The translations under genes were made by a program, and so were the position numbers. The notes under the pieces are model-generated. The model ran no database searches, was not told the origin of the DNA, and saw nothing but the letters and a program-made list of their open reading frames with translations. Positions 50,001-61,900 of a stretch of DNA of 64,000 bases are shown one piece after another. Within the stretch, counting starts at the first letter, position 1; the number at the start of each line of letters is the position of its first letter. Location of the stretch: NCBI GenBank assembly GCA_977030845.1, contig OZ365110.1, positions 51,770,001 to 51,834,000 on the forward strand. The letters run 5' to 3'. The stretch comes from Fimbriosthenelais zetlandica. Lineage: Eukaryota.

Positions 50001-53000
50001 ATGTTTAACCTCTATAAACTATGGATATTTTGCCTCTTGGTCAAAACCTGGTGGAGTGAATTAGAGGGCCAAATAATTGAAGACTGTCCAGTTTCGATTG
50101 ACCAATGCTTTTGTCAGAGGAAGTACAGGGCGTTCAACTATATTTATTGTGATAATATAGGGTATCGACCTCAGATACCTTCTTTTAATGTCACAGGAAT
50201 AGAGTTTAGAACCTATGAGGACGTTGCATTTCGATATAATTCATCAGTGGACTATGTGCAAGCCTATGCTTTCTTTGGAGTCATCACTAAATCGCTGAGA
50301 TTAAATTCAATGAACATTACATCAATCAGTGAGGATGCCTTTAGAGGCTTGGAAAACCAGCTATTGGAACTCTATTTAGATGATAACCTGTTGGCAATCA
50401 TACCTCCGGGACTTTTATCTATTCTAGCCAAGCTGGAATATGTAAGCCTACAAAACAACAAAATTGCCAGCCAAATTGCATACCCATCAGAGATGCGATA
50501 TATTTCTGTGTTTAACAACAGATTAGGTTCATTGGAAGCATCATCTTTTGCAGGCCTTGCCTACCTCTCGGGGGTATACATCGGTAATAATGGAATAAAG
50601 ACACTCCAAAATGATGTATTCACTGGGCTGGAACATTTATTTGAACTTGAGATTAATAATAACCTTCTGACGCATTTAAGCCCTGACATATTCCATCCAT
50701 TAACTCGATTGGAAAGGCTGGATCTCTCGCATAATAAACTCTCTGATTTAAGTGAAGGTCTCTTTGCTACAATGCCTTCCATTCGTTACCTCGATGTATC
50801 CTCCAACAACATAAGCATACTCAATAATAACTTATTTCATAATAATTCCAGATTGCATCATTTGGATTTATCAAACAACAGCATGACTGCGATCAAAAGC
50901 AACGCGTTTGCCTCTCTGAAGAACCTAGGAATTCTTTACGTCCAAAATAACCGATTATTTGTGTTAAGTGGGATCCATCTTCTTTCTCTCAAATACTTGA
51001 CTCTTTTAGACGTATCACATAACCACCTGAATCAAATGCCAACCACGAATATTTCCCATACTTCTCTATTCACCTTACAGGTATCTAACAATAATATCAG
51101 TGCGATAGCTTTCTCCGCTTTGGATAAATTCCCATGGGTCACGAACCTTGATTTGAGTCACAATCAAATTGAAAGGATAGTATCTGGAGCCTTTCAGAAA
51201 GCCAAATACCTCAATACACTCAGGCTGAATAATAACAAATTACGTCAAATGACTGGGGAAAAGTTTGCCAATATGTCTAACTTAGAACTCCTTTATCTTG
51301 ATCACAATCAAGTCAATGATTTAGGAGACACCGCTTTGGAAGGCATGGAGAGACTGTGGCATCTTGGATTAGCCCATAATAAAATCCCTTCCATTGTAGA
51401 CAATTATTTTGAAAGCTGTGCAGATTTGGTTTCTTTACAAATAAATGACAATAAAATCCACAATATCAACGAGGACACCTTTAAAGGTTTATCTAGTCTT
51501 AGAGCACTGTATCTAGAAAGTAATGGCATTGGGTACATCCCAGGACATACTTTCAGTTTTGTACCTAAGGTAGAACGTTTGGCCCTCAAACGTAACATAT
51601 TATCCAGACTAGACATTGACGCCTTTAAGAAATTGAAAGCTTTAGCAACCCTAGACATGTCTTATAACAAATTACAAGGCTTTGACACTAAATTACTGCT
51701 TGACTCGGAAGTACTCCAATTTTTAAACTTGAGTTACAATCTTTTAGCTTCTGGGCGCAGCACTAGATTGGATCTGTCAGACACAATGAAATTGGCTGAA
51801 TTGGATTTATCTTATAACCAACTTAAAAGGGTGGTACTTCATGGTCTAGACAAGACTAATGCATTGAGGGAATTATGGCTGGATGGAAATCCATTTGATT
51901 GCAACTCCTGTGAAATGTTATGGATTTATGCTCTTCCCCCAGCAACAATTCCTAAAATAGATGATATCCTGTGCGATTCACCTCCTTCTTACAAACAGAA
52001 ACCCATGCTCTGCTTCTTTGATGACAGATGCCAGAGTCTTTATGGGAACAGAGGTAGGGAACCAAGGAATTGCACAAGGCGTGTCCAAAAAACGACAACC
52101 ACGACAACAACAACAAAACAACCCACAACTACAGCTGCATTAACAACAATGACAACAGGAGCCTCTACAACGACACCATTTATGAGCACAGAAACGTTAG
52201 GATACACCAACACTGCCTCCAGCATATCGCTTAGAGATACCTCTACCGTGTCCATTGGAAGTACACAAGAAGATACAATATCCAGGACTATTACAATAGA
52301 AAAGGAAAAGGAATTGACGCGGAGATCTTATACTTCCCCAACAACAAAAACTTCATCAATAGGAGCAGATTCCACATCTGCAACATTTTACTCTTCAGCA
52401 TCCATAATGCCAGCGACAATAGCCACATCGACAATAGGTGTTCCAGCTACAACAACAGAAACACGATATAGTAGCCTTGTGCTAACATCAGAAAAGGATT
52501 CTGTCTCATTGACTCCACAAACAACTGTACCAGATACTGGTTTAGAAGAAACAACAGTTGAAACAGTTACTGTGATGACCAAAACAACAGAATCTAGATC
52601 TGAAGCTTCTACAGAAATAAATGACGGTTCAGTGACATCAGCTGTAGATGAAAGCCCATCAGGAGATATAACATCTACCACTGCTCAACACCAGATACTC
52701 AGTACCTCTGACGTGACAAGTGGAGAAACCTCATCAACAGCAACCCTTACTGTTCAGGAATCTGAGACGACACCAAATCCAAAAACATCAAGGGAGGTCA
52801 CGACTCCCATGTCTCAGTCTACATCAGAGTCTACGATATTGGTGGATGATACCACATCTCCCTCTCAAATTTCAGAACAGGCAACTGTATCTGTTGGAAG
52901 GAAAGATCCATCAGAGCCAACTACACTTTCCACAATTCTTTCAACAAGCAGTCAAATGCTTCAGAGTACTACTGATAATTTGGATGAGCCTACAAGTGAC

Positions 53001-53942
53001 TACACAGAGACTTCAGAAATTCCAACTGACATGACAACTGACACAACAGGAAATAATACTAATATACTAACATCGACCATACCATCTGCCAGAAAGGAGG
53101 AACCAAAAAGTACAGTAACAGAAGACGTGCCTTCGGATTCCACCATCCAAGAAAGTACTCAGGGTGTATCTATCTCAACAGACAAGACTTCAACAATATT
53201 ACCAGAATTCAGTATTACCCAAGCATTATCAACTAGAAGAACATCCGAGTCGCCTACTACTTTCAAGGAGACAGATGATACATTACAACTACTTACATCA
53301 ACTACTGGAGTTATTGGAAAAGAAGACAGAACTAATGGTTTAGGGAATACGAAAGAAGTCACAGGTAGGGAAACAATGGACCTGACAGTGACATCCACAT
53401 CAGTAATGCCAGAGATGGAAACTAAATCGACCGATGCTTTAACCACTGGAAAGGAAGATACAACAGAAAAATCTGAGGAAACAACAGCTCGGCAGATACA
53501 TAGAGGACCCTCGTTTCAAATTGTCACTGCAGGAAGGGACATTCAAGATGGCCGCCACGTTGACAATAAAGTTGTCACCTCAGCTAGCATCACAGAAAGT
53601 ACAAGGCCACAAAATGAAATGACCATGGCCCAAACATTCGGCAATTTCTTCAGAGTAGTCAAACTGACTACGGCTCAATCAAAAACAAATGACAAGGAGA
53701 TAACAACTGCAACAACAGCAGACAGTGTACAACCGGAAATGACGACATCTGTTCAGCTAAAGGTCATGACCCCAGCCCAATTCTTCTTCCGGGTTGTTAC
53801 CAGGTCAAGACATTCAGACTCGAGTACCAAAGTACCTAATGGGGAAGATAGTACAAGTCCTGAGCCAATAATAAGACGACAACCATTTCATCCTGTAGGA
53901 TTCAGACTTGTAACTCAAACAAAGAACAAAGGCAGGGGTTAG
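50001..53942 (+). CDS. Single-exon extracellular leucine-rich-repeat protein with mucin-like Ser/Thr stalk (1313 aa from the first ATG)
   Basis: Signal-peptide-like start MFNLYKLWIFCLLVKTWWSELEG; LRRNT-like CPVSIDQCFC..YIYC; about 23 LxxLxLxxN repeats; LRRCT GNPFDCNSC..W..ILCDSPP..LC; then about 620 aa rich in Thr/Ser/Glu. No transmembrane helix in the ORF. The ORF track start at 49959 is a TTG; the ATG is at 50001. Confidence 0.92.
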   Translation: MFNLYKLWIFCLLVKTWWSELEGQIIEDCPVSIDQCFCQRKYRAFNYIYCDNIGYRPQIPSFNVTGIEFRTYEDVAFRYNSSVDYVQAYAFFGVITKSLRLNSMNITSISEDAFRGLENQLLELYLDDNLLAIIPPGLLSILAKLEYVSLQNNKIASQIAYPSEMRYISVFNNRLGSLEASSFAGLAYLSGVYIGNNGIKTLQNDVFTGLEHLFELEINNNLLTHLSPDIFHPLTRLERLDLSHNKLSDLSEGLFATMPSIRYLDVSSNNISILNNNLFHNNSRLHHLDLSNNSMTAIKSNAFASLKNLGILYVQNNRLFVLSGIHLLSLKYLTLLDVSHNHLNQMPTTNISHTSLFTLQVSNNNISAIAFSALDKFPWVTNLDLSHNQIERIVSGAFQKAKYLNTLRLNNNKLRQMTGEKFANMSNLELLYLDHNQVNDLGDTALEGMERLWHLGLAHNKIPSIVDNYFESCADLVSLQINDNKIHNINEDTFKGLSSLRALYLESNGIGYIPGHTFSFVPKVERLALKRNILSRLDIDAFKKLKALATLDMSYNKLQGFDTKLLLDSEVLQFLNLSYNLLASGRSTRLDLSDTMKLAELDLSYNQLKRVVLHGLDKTNALRELWLDGNPFDCNSCEMLWIYALPPATIPKIDDILCDSPPSYKQKPMLCFFDDRCQSLYGNRGREPRNCTRRVQKTTTTTTTTKQPTTTAALTTMTTGASTTTPFMSTETLGYTNTASSISLRDTSTVSIGSTQEDTISRTITIEKEKELTRRSYTSPTTKTSSIGADSTSATFYSSASIMPATIATSTIGVPATTTETRYSSLVLTSEKDSVSLTPQTTVPDTGLEETTVETVTVMTKTTESRSEASTEINDGSVTSAVDESPSGDITSTTAQHQILSTSDVTSGETSSTATLTVQESETTPNPKTSREVTTPMSQSTSESTILVDDTTSPSQISEQATVSVGRKDPSEPTTLSTILSTSSQMLQSTTDNLDEPTSDYTETSEIPTDMTTDTTGNNTNILTSTIPSARKEEPKSTVTEDVPSDSTIQESTQGVSISTDKTSTILPEFSITQALSTRRTSESPTTFKETDDTLQLLTSTTGVIGKEDRTNGLGNTKEVTGRETMDLTVTSTSVMPEMETKSTDALTTGKEDTTEKSEETTARQIHRGPSFQIVTAGRDIQDGRHVDNKVVTSASITESTRPQNEMTMAQTFGNFFRVVKLTTAQSKTNDKEITTATTADSVQPEMTTSVQLKVMTPAQFFFRVVTRSRHSDSSTKVPNGEDSTSPEPIIRRQPFHPVGFRLVTQTKNKGRG

Positions 53943-55789
53943 GGTTTATTTTAAATAATCCAGGTAGAACTCGTAAATAACCTTTCATTGTTTGTCTTTA
54001 AAATTTAAGGTATTTAAACAGTGTATATATAATTGATGGAGATTGATGATTGATACATGATCTTAGTATGAAAAAGCGTAACAAAACATAAAAAGATAGT
54101 ATATGGTAGAGATGGGATCCAATTTCATAGACCAATGCAATTTTATTCCATGAGAAAAATGTATTCTGCCGTTTTATAAAGTTCATGTGGACAGTGTTGT
54201 CGTTGTTCACATTCACATACACCTACACAGATCTAGTCTATGTGCAGCCAAGCCTTACCTCACCGAGACACAATATATATTATGTAGCTGACATGTGTAA
54301 TCGATATTATAGAACTTCTCTGTGTATCAATTGGTATGTATAAAGTCAATAGACAGGGGAAACACTCAAATAGAGCCCATGATCATTTCGTTTCGTATAA
54401 TACAGGGCCAGAGAACGATTAATGTTAGGGTTCGGGCATATTTCATCATTTATCAAACTGAAAGGATATAATCTAACTTTGGATGTATGAAGAACTGATA
54501 TAAATAAATAAAACCAAATTACAAAGGTGCATTGATTGGAACGCTTCAGCAGCAATTTTTACCTGCACGGATGTTTGACTTTTTGCATTGGTTCTTAGGC
54601 ATATATTGGCCTACTACTATCAGGTGTGATTTAAAATAGATATTCTTCTTTCAGGCCATATAGGACTAATTATGAGTCTTTAGTACATTACAGTAATGGA
54701 TATTACAACTTATCCTCTTTGTGGATGGTTGCTGGTGAAAAATATTCTGACCACATTTCTCGAATATTTCATTTGCTCTTGTCATGTATAGTTACATGTA
54801 TGTAGGCCATGATGGAAACATCTTATTATAAAGAGATTTATTACCAGATTTTGACATATCGGAGTATACACAGTACTCCCAGGGTAATGTATGGAACTTT
54901 TTATGCCCGACCTCTTTTTTATAATCATCTTCAAACCCTTTAACGATTTCTTTTAAAATTAGTATTTTCGAGCACAATGAAAAGGTATATGTGACAAAGT
55001 CTTGCCATACAATGGAATGTGTCTGTATTATTAAGTATAGCCTGGTATGAATATTACAGATGGTATGCCAGGATACCACTCAGGTGTCCCTGTCTTTTGG
55101 GCACGTGCCTAATTAGTGATATTAGAAAGTAATAGCCTCGTCCCATTATACCAAGAGTGGTAAACACAAACTCATCACACTATATTAGACATCATTATTG
55201 CACTGAACCTCCACAGAAACGTATAAGAGAGATCTCCATATGATGATATGAAAAGAAGTGTTCACTTGATTACCTTTCTATGACAGTTTGCCATGGGAAT
55301 GTAAATTATATATTACATGGCCTTCCACCGAAAATTATGTGTTGTGTATATATGAACTGATCTAAATTAAAATTACATGTATGTTGTGTGTTAGTTTTTG
55401 TTATCCTCCACCCAATAACCCACTGTGAATATAGATCTATAGGTAAAATTCTAATTTAAATTCTGATTCATGGATTAGTAGAGAAAACAAGGTAATAATA
55501 TGCATGACCATGCATCTCCATGTCAGGGATTGAAATATATATGCTGCCCCCTGAAGCAAGGCAGGTAAACTATAATAGTTGTACATCGTGCGGTGATGGA
55601 TATTCGACGTAAGCCTATAATTCCCAATCCCAGACGACAACCCTAGGTCCTATCTTAAAGTATGACAAACAGTGGCTGAAATCATGCTTGTAATAATAAC
55701 TTGTAATACCATAGAACTTGATAGATGGAGAGCCTCCCCCGGGGACAGGGGTTGGTTCCCGGGGCGGAGGTAGATCAGCTACCGGGATC

Positions 55790-55960
55790 CGGGGAGGGGA
55801 GGGGCCGACACCCATGGAGGTATGGGGAGGAGGGAAGGGAAGAGGGGAGGGGCCGACACCCATGGAGGTATGGGGAGGAGGGAAGGGGAGCGGATCGGGG
55901 AAGAGGGGAGGGGCCGACACCCATGGAGGTATGGGAGGAGGGAAGGGGAGGAGATCGGGA
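55790..55960. repeat. Purine/G-rich tandem repeat (3 copies, 48-61 bp period)
   Basis: Core ggggccgacacccatggaggtatgg at 55801, 55849 and 55910, embedded in gggagggga runs. Confidence 0.9.
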
Positions 55961-56899
55961 GAGAGAACCGCAGTGACAAATGTGCAAATAAATAAATATT
56001 TCACAATTAGGGCCTATGTCGGGAAGCTTGTGAAACATGGGGATTAAAGTAGGCCTACGGTTAGTTTAACTTGCGGTGTGGCTATAACTAGGGACTCTAT
56101 GTGGCTGGATGTGGGGCGGAATTAGACAAAACTTTTTAAATGGAGTGAATATCTTTATCCGTTCAGAAGTTATCGGGGATTGAACGGCCAAAAAATGGAC
56201 AAGATTTCTCACTTTTTTACTATAGGCCAGCGGAGAAGGAATTGGCCACGTCACTGTGTAATGAACGTCTGTTTTTTATTCTGTCACACAAACTTTACTT
56301 TCCAACCAATTTATGTCAAATCTTCAACATATATTCAAATTATCTGGTGCTAAATGATTATGCAAGACTATTTGACCTTTGACCTTGGCGTCCCCTCGTA
56401 ATATGTAGGTTAAAAGTCAGTTGTTCTAGAGAATCAATGCTAAAGGACTGCTGTTGAATCAGAAATCTAATAACGGCTTTTACTCTTTCATCTTAAAGCT
56501 CCATATTCTACATATCTTAAGCTACGTATAGGTTTTTGTTTCATCGAGATCGACCCGGTAATTGCTTCAGAATTTAAACTTAAATTAACGCTGTTCTCGG
56601 ACTAAAATTGTTTTGCCTTGTGGTGGTCTCACAGTGCAGCGGTCATTCACTTTCTGAGTAAGGCCAGAAAGTTGTATTGTTTGTTTCTGGTTCAACGACT
56701 GACCATCATAAAATCGCCCATAGAATCGCCGACGTCATCGCCATTCTTTACGGGTTTTAGCCAAAAATAAAAAATCTAAAGTCCTGACTCTCCTCTGAAA
56801 AAATGAAATCTACGTTGGCCTTAAAAATGTTATGTGACCTGAAACAGTACTTTTTTATTTGGCCTAACTGTAGTAAGCTGGGCCGGTGGTAGAAAAATA

Positions 56900-57270
56900 C
56901 ATAAAGAATCTATTTGGATATTACACAGACTGCGCCGGTCCTAATACAATCAAAACCGACATAGACATGGAGTAGAAATGTCGAAAAAGGTGTCTAAACC
57001 ATCAAAACGAACGGCCCGCTTATATTTACAGAGATTTCGGCGATTAATTCTCGGCTCGGAGCAGAAGCTCGGCTTGCCTATGGCAGTTTAGTGTATTAGC
57101 TTTACAGGTCGGGAAACGTCAATGTAGAATCTTGCGTTCCATATTTAACGGACTGCGCCGGTCCTAATAGCAATAAAAGTTTCTGATTATGGGGTAAAAA
57201 TGTCTGAAAAAGCCGCCTAGATCATCAAATTGAGCGGCCCGAATAGAATTCTTGAAGATATTTGCGATTG
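56900..57270. repeat. Diverged direct repeat of about 223 bp, probably subterminal sequence of a non-autonomous DNA transposon
   Basis: gactgcgccggtcctaata at 56928 and 57151, followed in both copies by similar aaatgtc..aaaaag..catcaaa..cggccc sequence. Confidence 0.6.
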
Positions 57271-57530
57271 TAAGTTACCCCGTTTTCTCTTGGACAATAG
57301 ATATAGGAAGGACCTGTCGTATTATTATGAAAAAACGACCATCATGTACGTCTATTCGTGTTCTTTCAAATGCGGTAAAATAGAAGTTGATCAGATATGT
57401 TGGGACTGAACAATGCCTCAAAACGTGAACACTACCAAATCAGTACTGTCAAGTCGCGAGCCAATTTTCACATGCCCAGCTGGGTGAGAATTTGAGCGGT
57501 GGATTGCACGCGTTACTAGAGTCCCTACTA

Positions 57531-58604
57531 CAGTCAGACCTCGTGAATCCGGACCTCATTAGTCCGGATTACTCGACATCCGGACGGTTTTCCTTGGGAA
57601 CGGAATTAATCAACTCATTTTGTATACTTGAATCCGGATTTTCGGTTTCCGGATCCGGACAGCCCAAATGGGGGACAAATCTACTATTTAGCATTGAAAA
57701 TGTCTCATTAATCTGGACAGTGCCAGCTGGTAGGTCAGAAGCTTTTTTCAGTCTGGCTTCATTTCACACATTTCTACTAACCCCACCTTTGAGATAGACC
57801 TGTCAAGTCTGACTGTAATAAGCTTTGTTATGGGGAGTAATGTTTGGGAAGGAAAACAATGGGAATCGTTCCGGATTCCTGCTGTTCTGAGATGCTAGAA
57901 TTTGAAACTTTTTGTAAAGATTTTCTGACAATGAATAGTTGGCAAAATCGCCAGATAAAAATGATCAGAAAATCTTCCGTAGAATCGTCGGCAATGACGT
58001 CAACAAATTTAAGACCTTTTAAAGACCTTTTTAAAGACCTTTAAAAGGCCGAAATTTAATACTTTTGTAAGGCCTTAAATTTTTCTGAACAAATTCAAAA
58101 CTTTTAAGGACTTTTTAATGACACACGGGAATCTTGTCTTTGTTTTTGTTCCTTGGGCGGCGGGGGTGGGTGGGTGGGTGTAGAGACCAGTCGGTTTGAC
58201 TTCAAAGGACCTGGTGTGTAGCAGGAGGTGTAGGGGACTGGCTTCCTTGGTTGGAAGGTGTTGTAGCGTGCGGACGGGGTGGGGCGGAAATAAAGCTATG
58301 GCGGCACAAACTGTGAATTCATATTAAAACTATATTTTCATCTCACAAAACTCTGGTCTTAGCTTTAAATGACATTAGTCTTACTCAATTTAAATCCGGA
58401 TTAAACCTGTGTGTTTAAATAGGTTTCTTTTGAGGCAAATAATTTTCGCTACTCTTAATGTCTTAATTGTAAGGTTCCAGTAGAATACTTTTTTCTTAGT
58501 CAATTTTAATTGGACGATAATAGGTTATTCATCAATCCGGATGTTTCGACATCCGGACGGAATTTGCTGGGAACCAATGCGTCCGGATTAACGAGGTCTG
58601 ACTG
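57531..58604. mobile_element. Tc1/mariner-pogo-type non-autonomous element (MITE), 1074 bp
   Basis: 24-bp terminal inverted repeats (cagtcagacctcgtgaatccggac, and the reverse complement of gtccggattaacgaggtctgactg; one mismatch), flanked by TA at 57529-30 and 58605-06. Internal repeat cgacatccggacgg occurs near both ends. No transposase ORF. Confidence 0.88.
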
Positions 58605-58741
58605 TATAACATAACATGTAGGCCTAATGAGTGTGGCTCCAATAAAGGTTACATATTTTTTTAGAAAACTCTATTTTTTTTACTGCTGGACCCAAGCGGG
58701 GTTACAGACACCCTGTAACCCCCCAGAATACGGCACTGGTA

Positions 58742-58990
58742 AACCACCAGGTGCCAGCTCTGTTTCTAGTCGCCACCATCAGCTAAGTGCCCAAGGCCAA
58801 GCCGGTTAATACTAGTCAGTTCGTGCCTGACTCTGCACAACATGATACAGTGCTGCCACCTAGTGTTTAACTTGTGCATCGAGAGTGAACTGAGCTCCGC
58901 CGCGCCTTTACTTCAGCGGTCAACCACCAGGTGCCAGCACTGTTTCTAGTCGCTACCATCAGCTATAGAAGTAGAGGGCCAAGCCGGCTA
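58742..58990. promoter_or_regulatory. 180-bp-period direct repeat carrying CTCF-like motifs
   Basis: aaccaccaggtgccagc(t/a)ctgtttctagtcgc(c/t)accatcagcta at 58742 and 58922, with an opposite-strand acactaggtggcagcactg at 58866-58848 between them. Confidence 0.45.
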
Positions 58991-61900
58991 CTGCCGGCGT
59001 CGCTAGGAATTTTCAGACGGCGTTTGTAGATCTATTAAAGCACCTAAATCAGCCAGAATTGAAATCAGTTGTTAAATTTACATGGACAATCTATTGCATC
59101 GAAAGGAACAGAGCTACGCTGCCTGTAAACCTGTAAACAGCGAGAGAAATTAGAAGTGAGCGATAATAGGGGTTTTGGCAGATCCCGGCCCAGAACGAGC
59201 ATTGACCGTCCAGTGGCTCCCTCGCCACCTATACGGCAAACGAAAGAACTAAGATAAGAGGACTTTCTGCCCCATGCGACTACCCCACCACCGACAACAG
59301 CGGGAACTAATGCTCAATGCTAAATGAATGGTAGCCATTGATATAGCATTGAGCGTTAGTTCCCCCTCTTGCCGTATAGCTGCGCAAGGGCGCTGCCCCT
59401 ATAATTGCTCACAACACTGCTTCCATTCACTTTCCATTTATTTTGGGCGGCAGGGTGCTCGCCATTCAGTCGTAAATTCTTTGGGGATGGATAAGCCTAC
59501 GTTTTTAGAGGATGCACTCTATCTTTCAGAGCGCCCGCCTTATATGATGGCATTGACATTAGGCCTACACAAAACTTTGGGGATGCTCTGAAAAAGTTTG
59601 CAGGGCGCTCGCCTTTGCAGGGTGGTGAAAATGAGAAAAGTTGACCATATTAGACCCAATTTTGATAGGCTTCAAATTATATACGTCGGATTTAAACGTC
59701 TTTATTTAAATATTAACCTTTTTAACCCTGGCCCGATAGGCCGGGGGTTTTCTGCCCCAGCACCCAAATTTGCTGGTGCAGAATTAGTGAAAAGGCATCG
59801 GTCAGATTTGGGGTCAGATTTTCTGGGGCAAAATTAGTGAAAAAGCATTTCGGGTCTGGATCCGGGCCTGAAAGTGCATGGCCAATAATCCACCGGCAAT
59901 AGCCAATATTGGTCAACTGAAACGACCAAATCAGTGTTTTAAACGATCTTCGAGGAACGTCATGGTTATCATTAATACAAAATCACTACCCCCATTTGTT
60001 TCTTTCTTCTCCATTTGGCTTATAGGGAGCACCAAAATGGCGACAAAAATGGCTCCTTTGAGGTCTATAGCTGGAGACCTGATATAAGTGTCATAATATG
60101 CATTCTTCATATTCACGGAAATACAAATCCTTCGTCGTGAAATACACAGTGCACAGACCCATATTAAACATACTTGTTCTTCATGTATTCACAACCTGAA
60201 TCAAACATGCATGGACAATGCACGCTCTCCACCCTCCAACCTGTTCACTTAGGCAGTCTATGACCTTATGAATGTAAGGACAGTCACGATTTTCTCCGTC
60301 AGATCTTAATTCACCAGCCGCATCCACCACCAGCTAAAGCTTATCCTACATGCCCCTTACCATCCACCCATGAAGGGCGCACGGTTATAAATAATATTGA
60401 ACTCACTTTTGACCCCCAATGTCCAATGAAAAAATGTATTTTTTCTGTTTTAATTAACCTGGATGGAAATGTATTTTAAAAATTAAGATTCTACACAAAA
60501 GTTGTCATATTAAATATAGTAGCATAAAAAATAGGTGTACATGTACTTAAAGGTTTGGAAGTACCTGTATATATATATACAACACCTTCTTGACACTATA
60601 CCTCTACACCTGTCTTGCGCCCACTGTGTACCTGCGGATTCATCAGTTGTCATGGGGACGGTACCAGATACCAAAATCCGGCTAGAGTTCATGACACGTG
60701 GTGGGGGTTGGGGGTTGAGGTGGCGGAACATTGGGGCTTCCTCTCAGAGGTAGAAGTCAGAGGTAGAAGTTTGTGGGCTTATGTGAGATTATGGGGGCTT
60801 TGGATTCTTTTTTCTTGATCACTCTGTCTCATAAAACACGGATGTGAATTGAGCTTACGAATCGCCTTTTTTATCGACCTCTCTCCACTAGAGTATACAG
60901 GAAACCCTTATAATAGTGTGTATAATGCTCATAGACAGTATATAATCATTATTTCTGAGTCGTGACTCCAACCGTTAGCACCTATTCACACTAGGCATAC
61001 TCATGATCCTTTTATCAATATAATTATTAACCGCAAAATTAAATGTACCTATGTATAAAATGCCCCATTCCTACATACAGTATTTGTAGGAAATCGCAAA
61101 GTAAATGTGCTATACAATATGATTGCAGTTACACATAGCCTTATGACAATCTACCTTTTTATGAATGCAATTATTCTAGTGCCCCTACATAGGGCTTAAC
61201 ACTAAGTCCTGCACCGCATTAGAAATGGTTGAAAATAGCAAACTCTGGGCGATATGAATGAACTAACAAATTCGAACCAAATTTGTCAGAATATTTTATC
61301 GAAATCAGGTGCTTTAAAAATAAAATTAAAAACATTTAAAATTGAGGCATTTTCTCCGGTTCTTCAGGTGAAACAGAGTGGAACCGACCGCGGGTTGTAT
61401 AAAAGGACCATTTGTTAACCGTTAATGACGGTTCTGTGGACTACATTGTCAGCCAAGGAAGAAAATAATACTGCACTTCCAAAGTAGCACAATGGGGTAT
61501 AAATTAATCTGGAGAACCTACCTATAAAGTCAAGTATCAGGGACAAATTAACCTAGATAGCCTATAGCCCCTTAGACATTTAGTTATATTTTTTATATAA
61601 ATATGATGAAATGAGGTATTAGTTAATAGATATAACGTAATGGAGACTAGTTTGTATAAAATACGTTGATCATCTTTTCAGGTTATTACTAAAGAACAGT
61701 CAGTCATTCCTGACCAAGTATGAAAGATGTCTCTTATAATTGGCAGCATGCCAAATGACCATTATATGATCGATCCATCACTTTGATGTATGGTGGTTCC
61801 TAGAGCTTGAACGCTTGAATATCTATAGGTATATTCATTAAATTTACAACAACATCAAGACAATGTATATCATCAATGATAACCTATACTTCACTCAACC

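Noticed and set aside
52040-53446. Val-rich minus-strand ORFs
   Set aside because: These are antisense shadows of the Thr/Ser-rich stalk of the LRR gene.
55615-56047. Pro-rich and Gly-rich ORFs on both strands
   Set aside because: All frames stay open because the G-rich repeat lacks stop codons; there is no evidence of a real gene.
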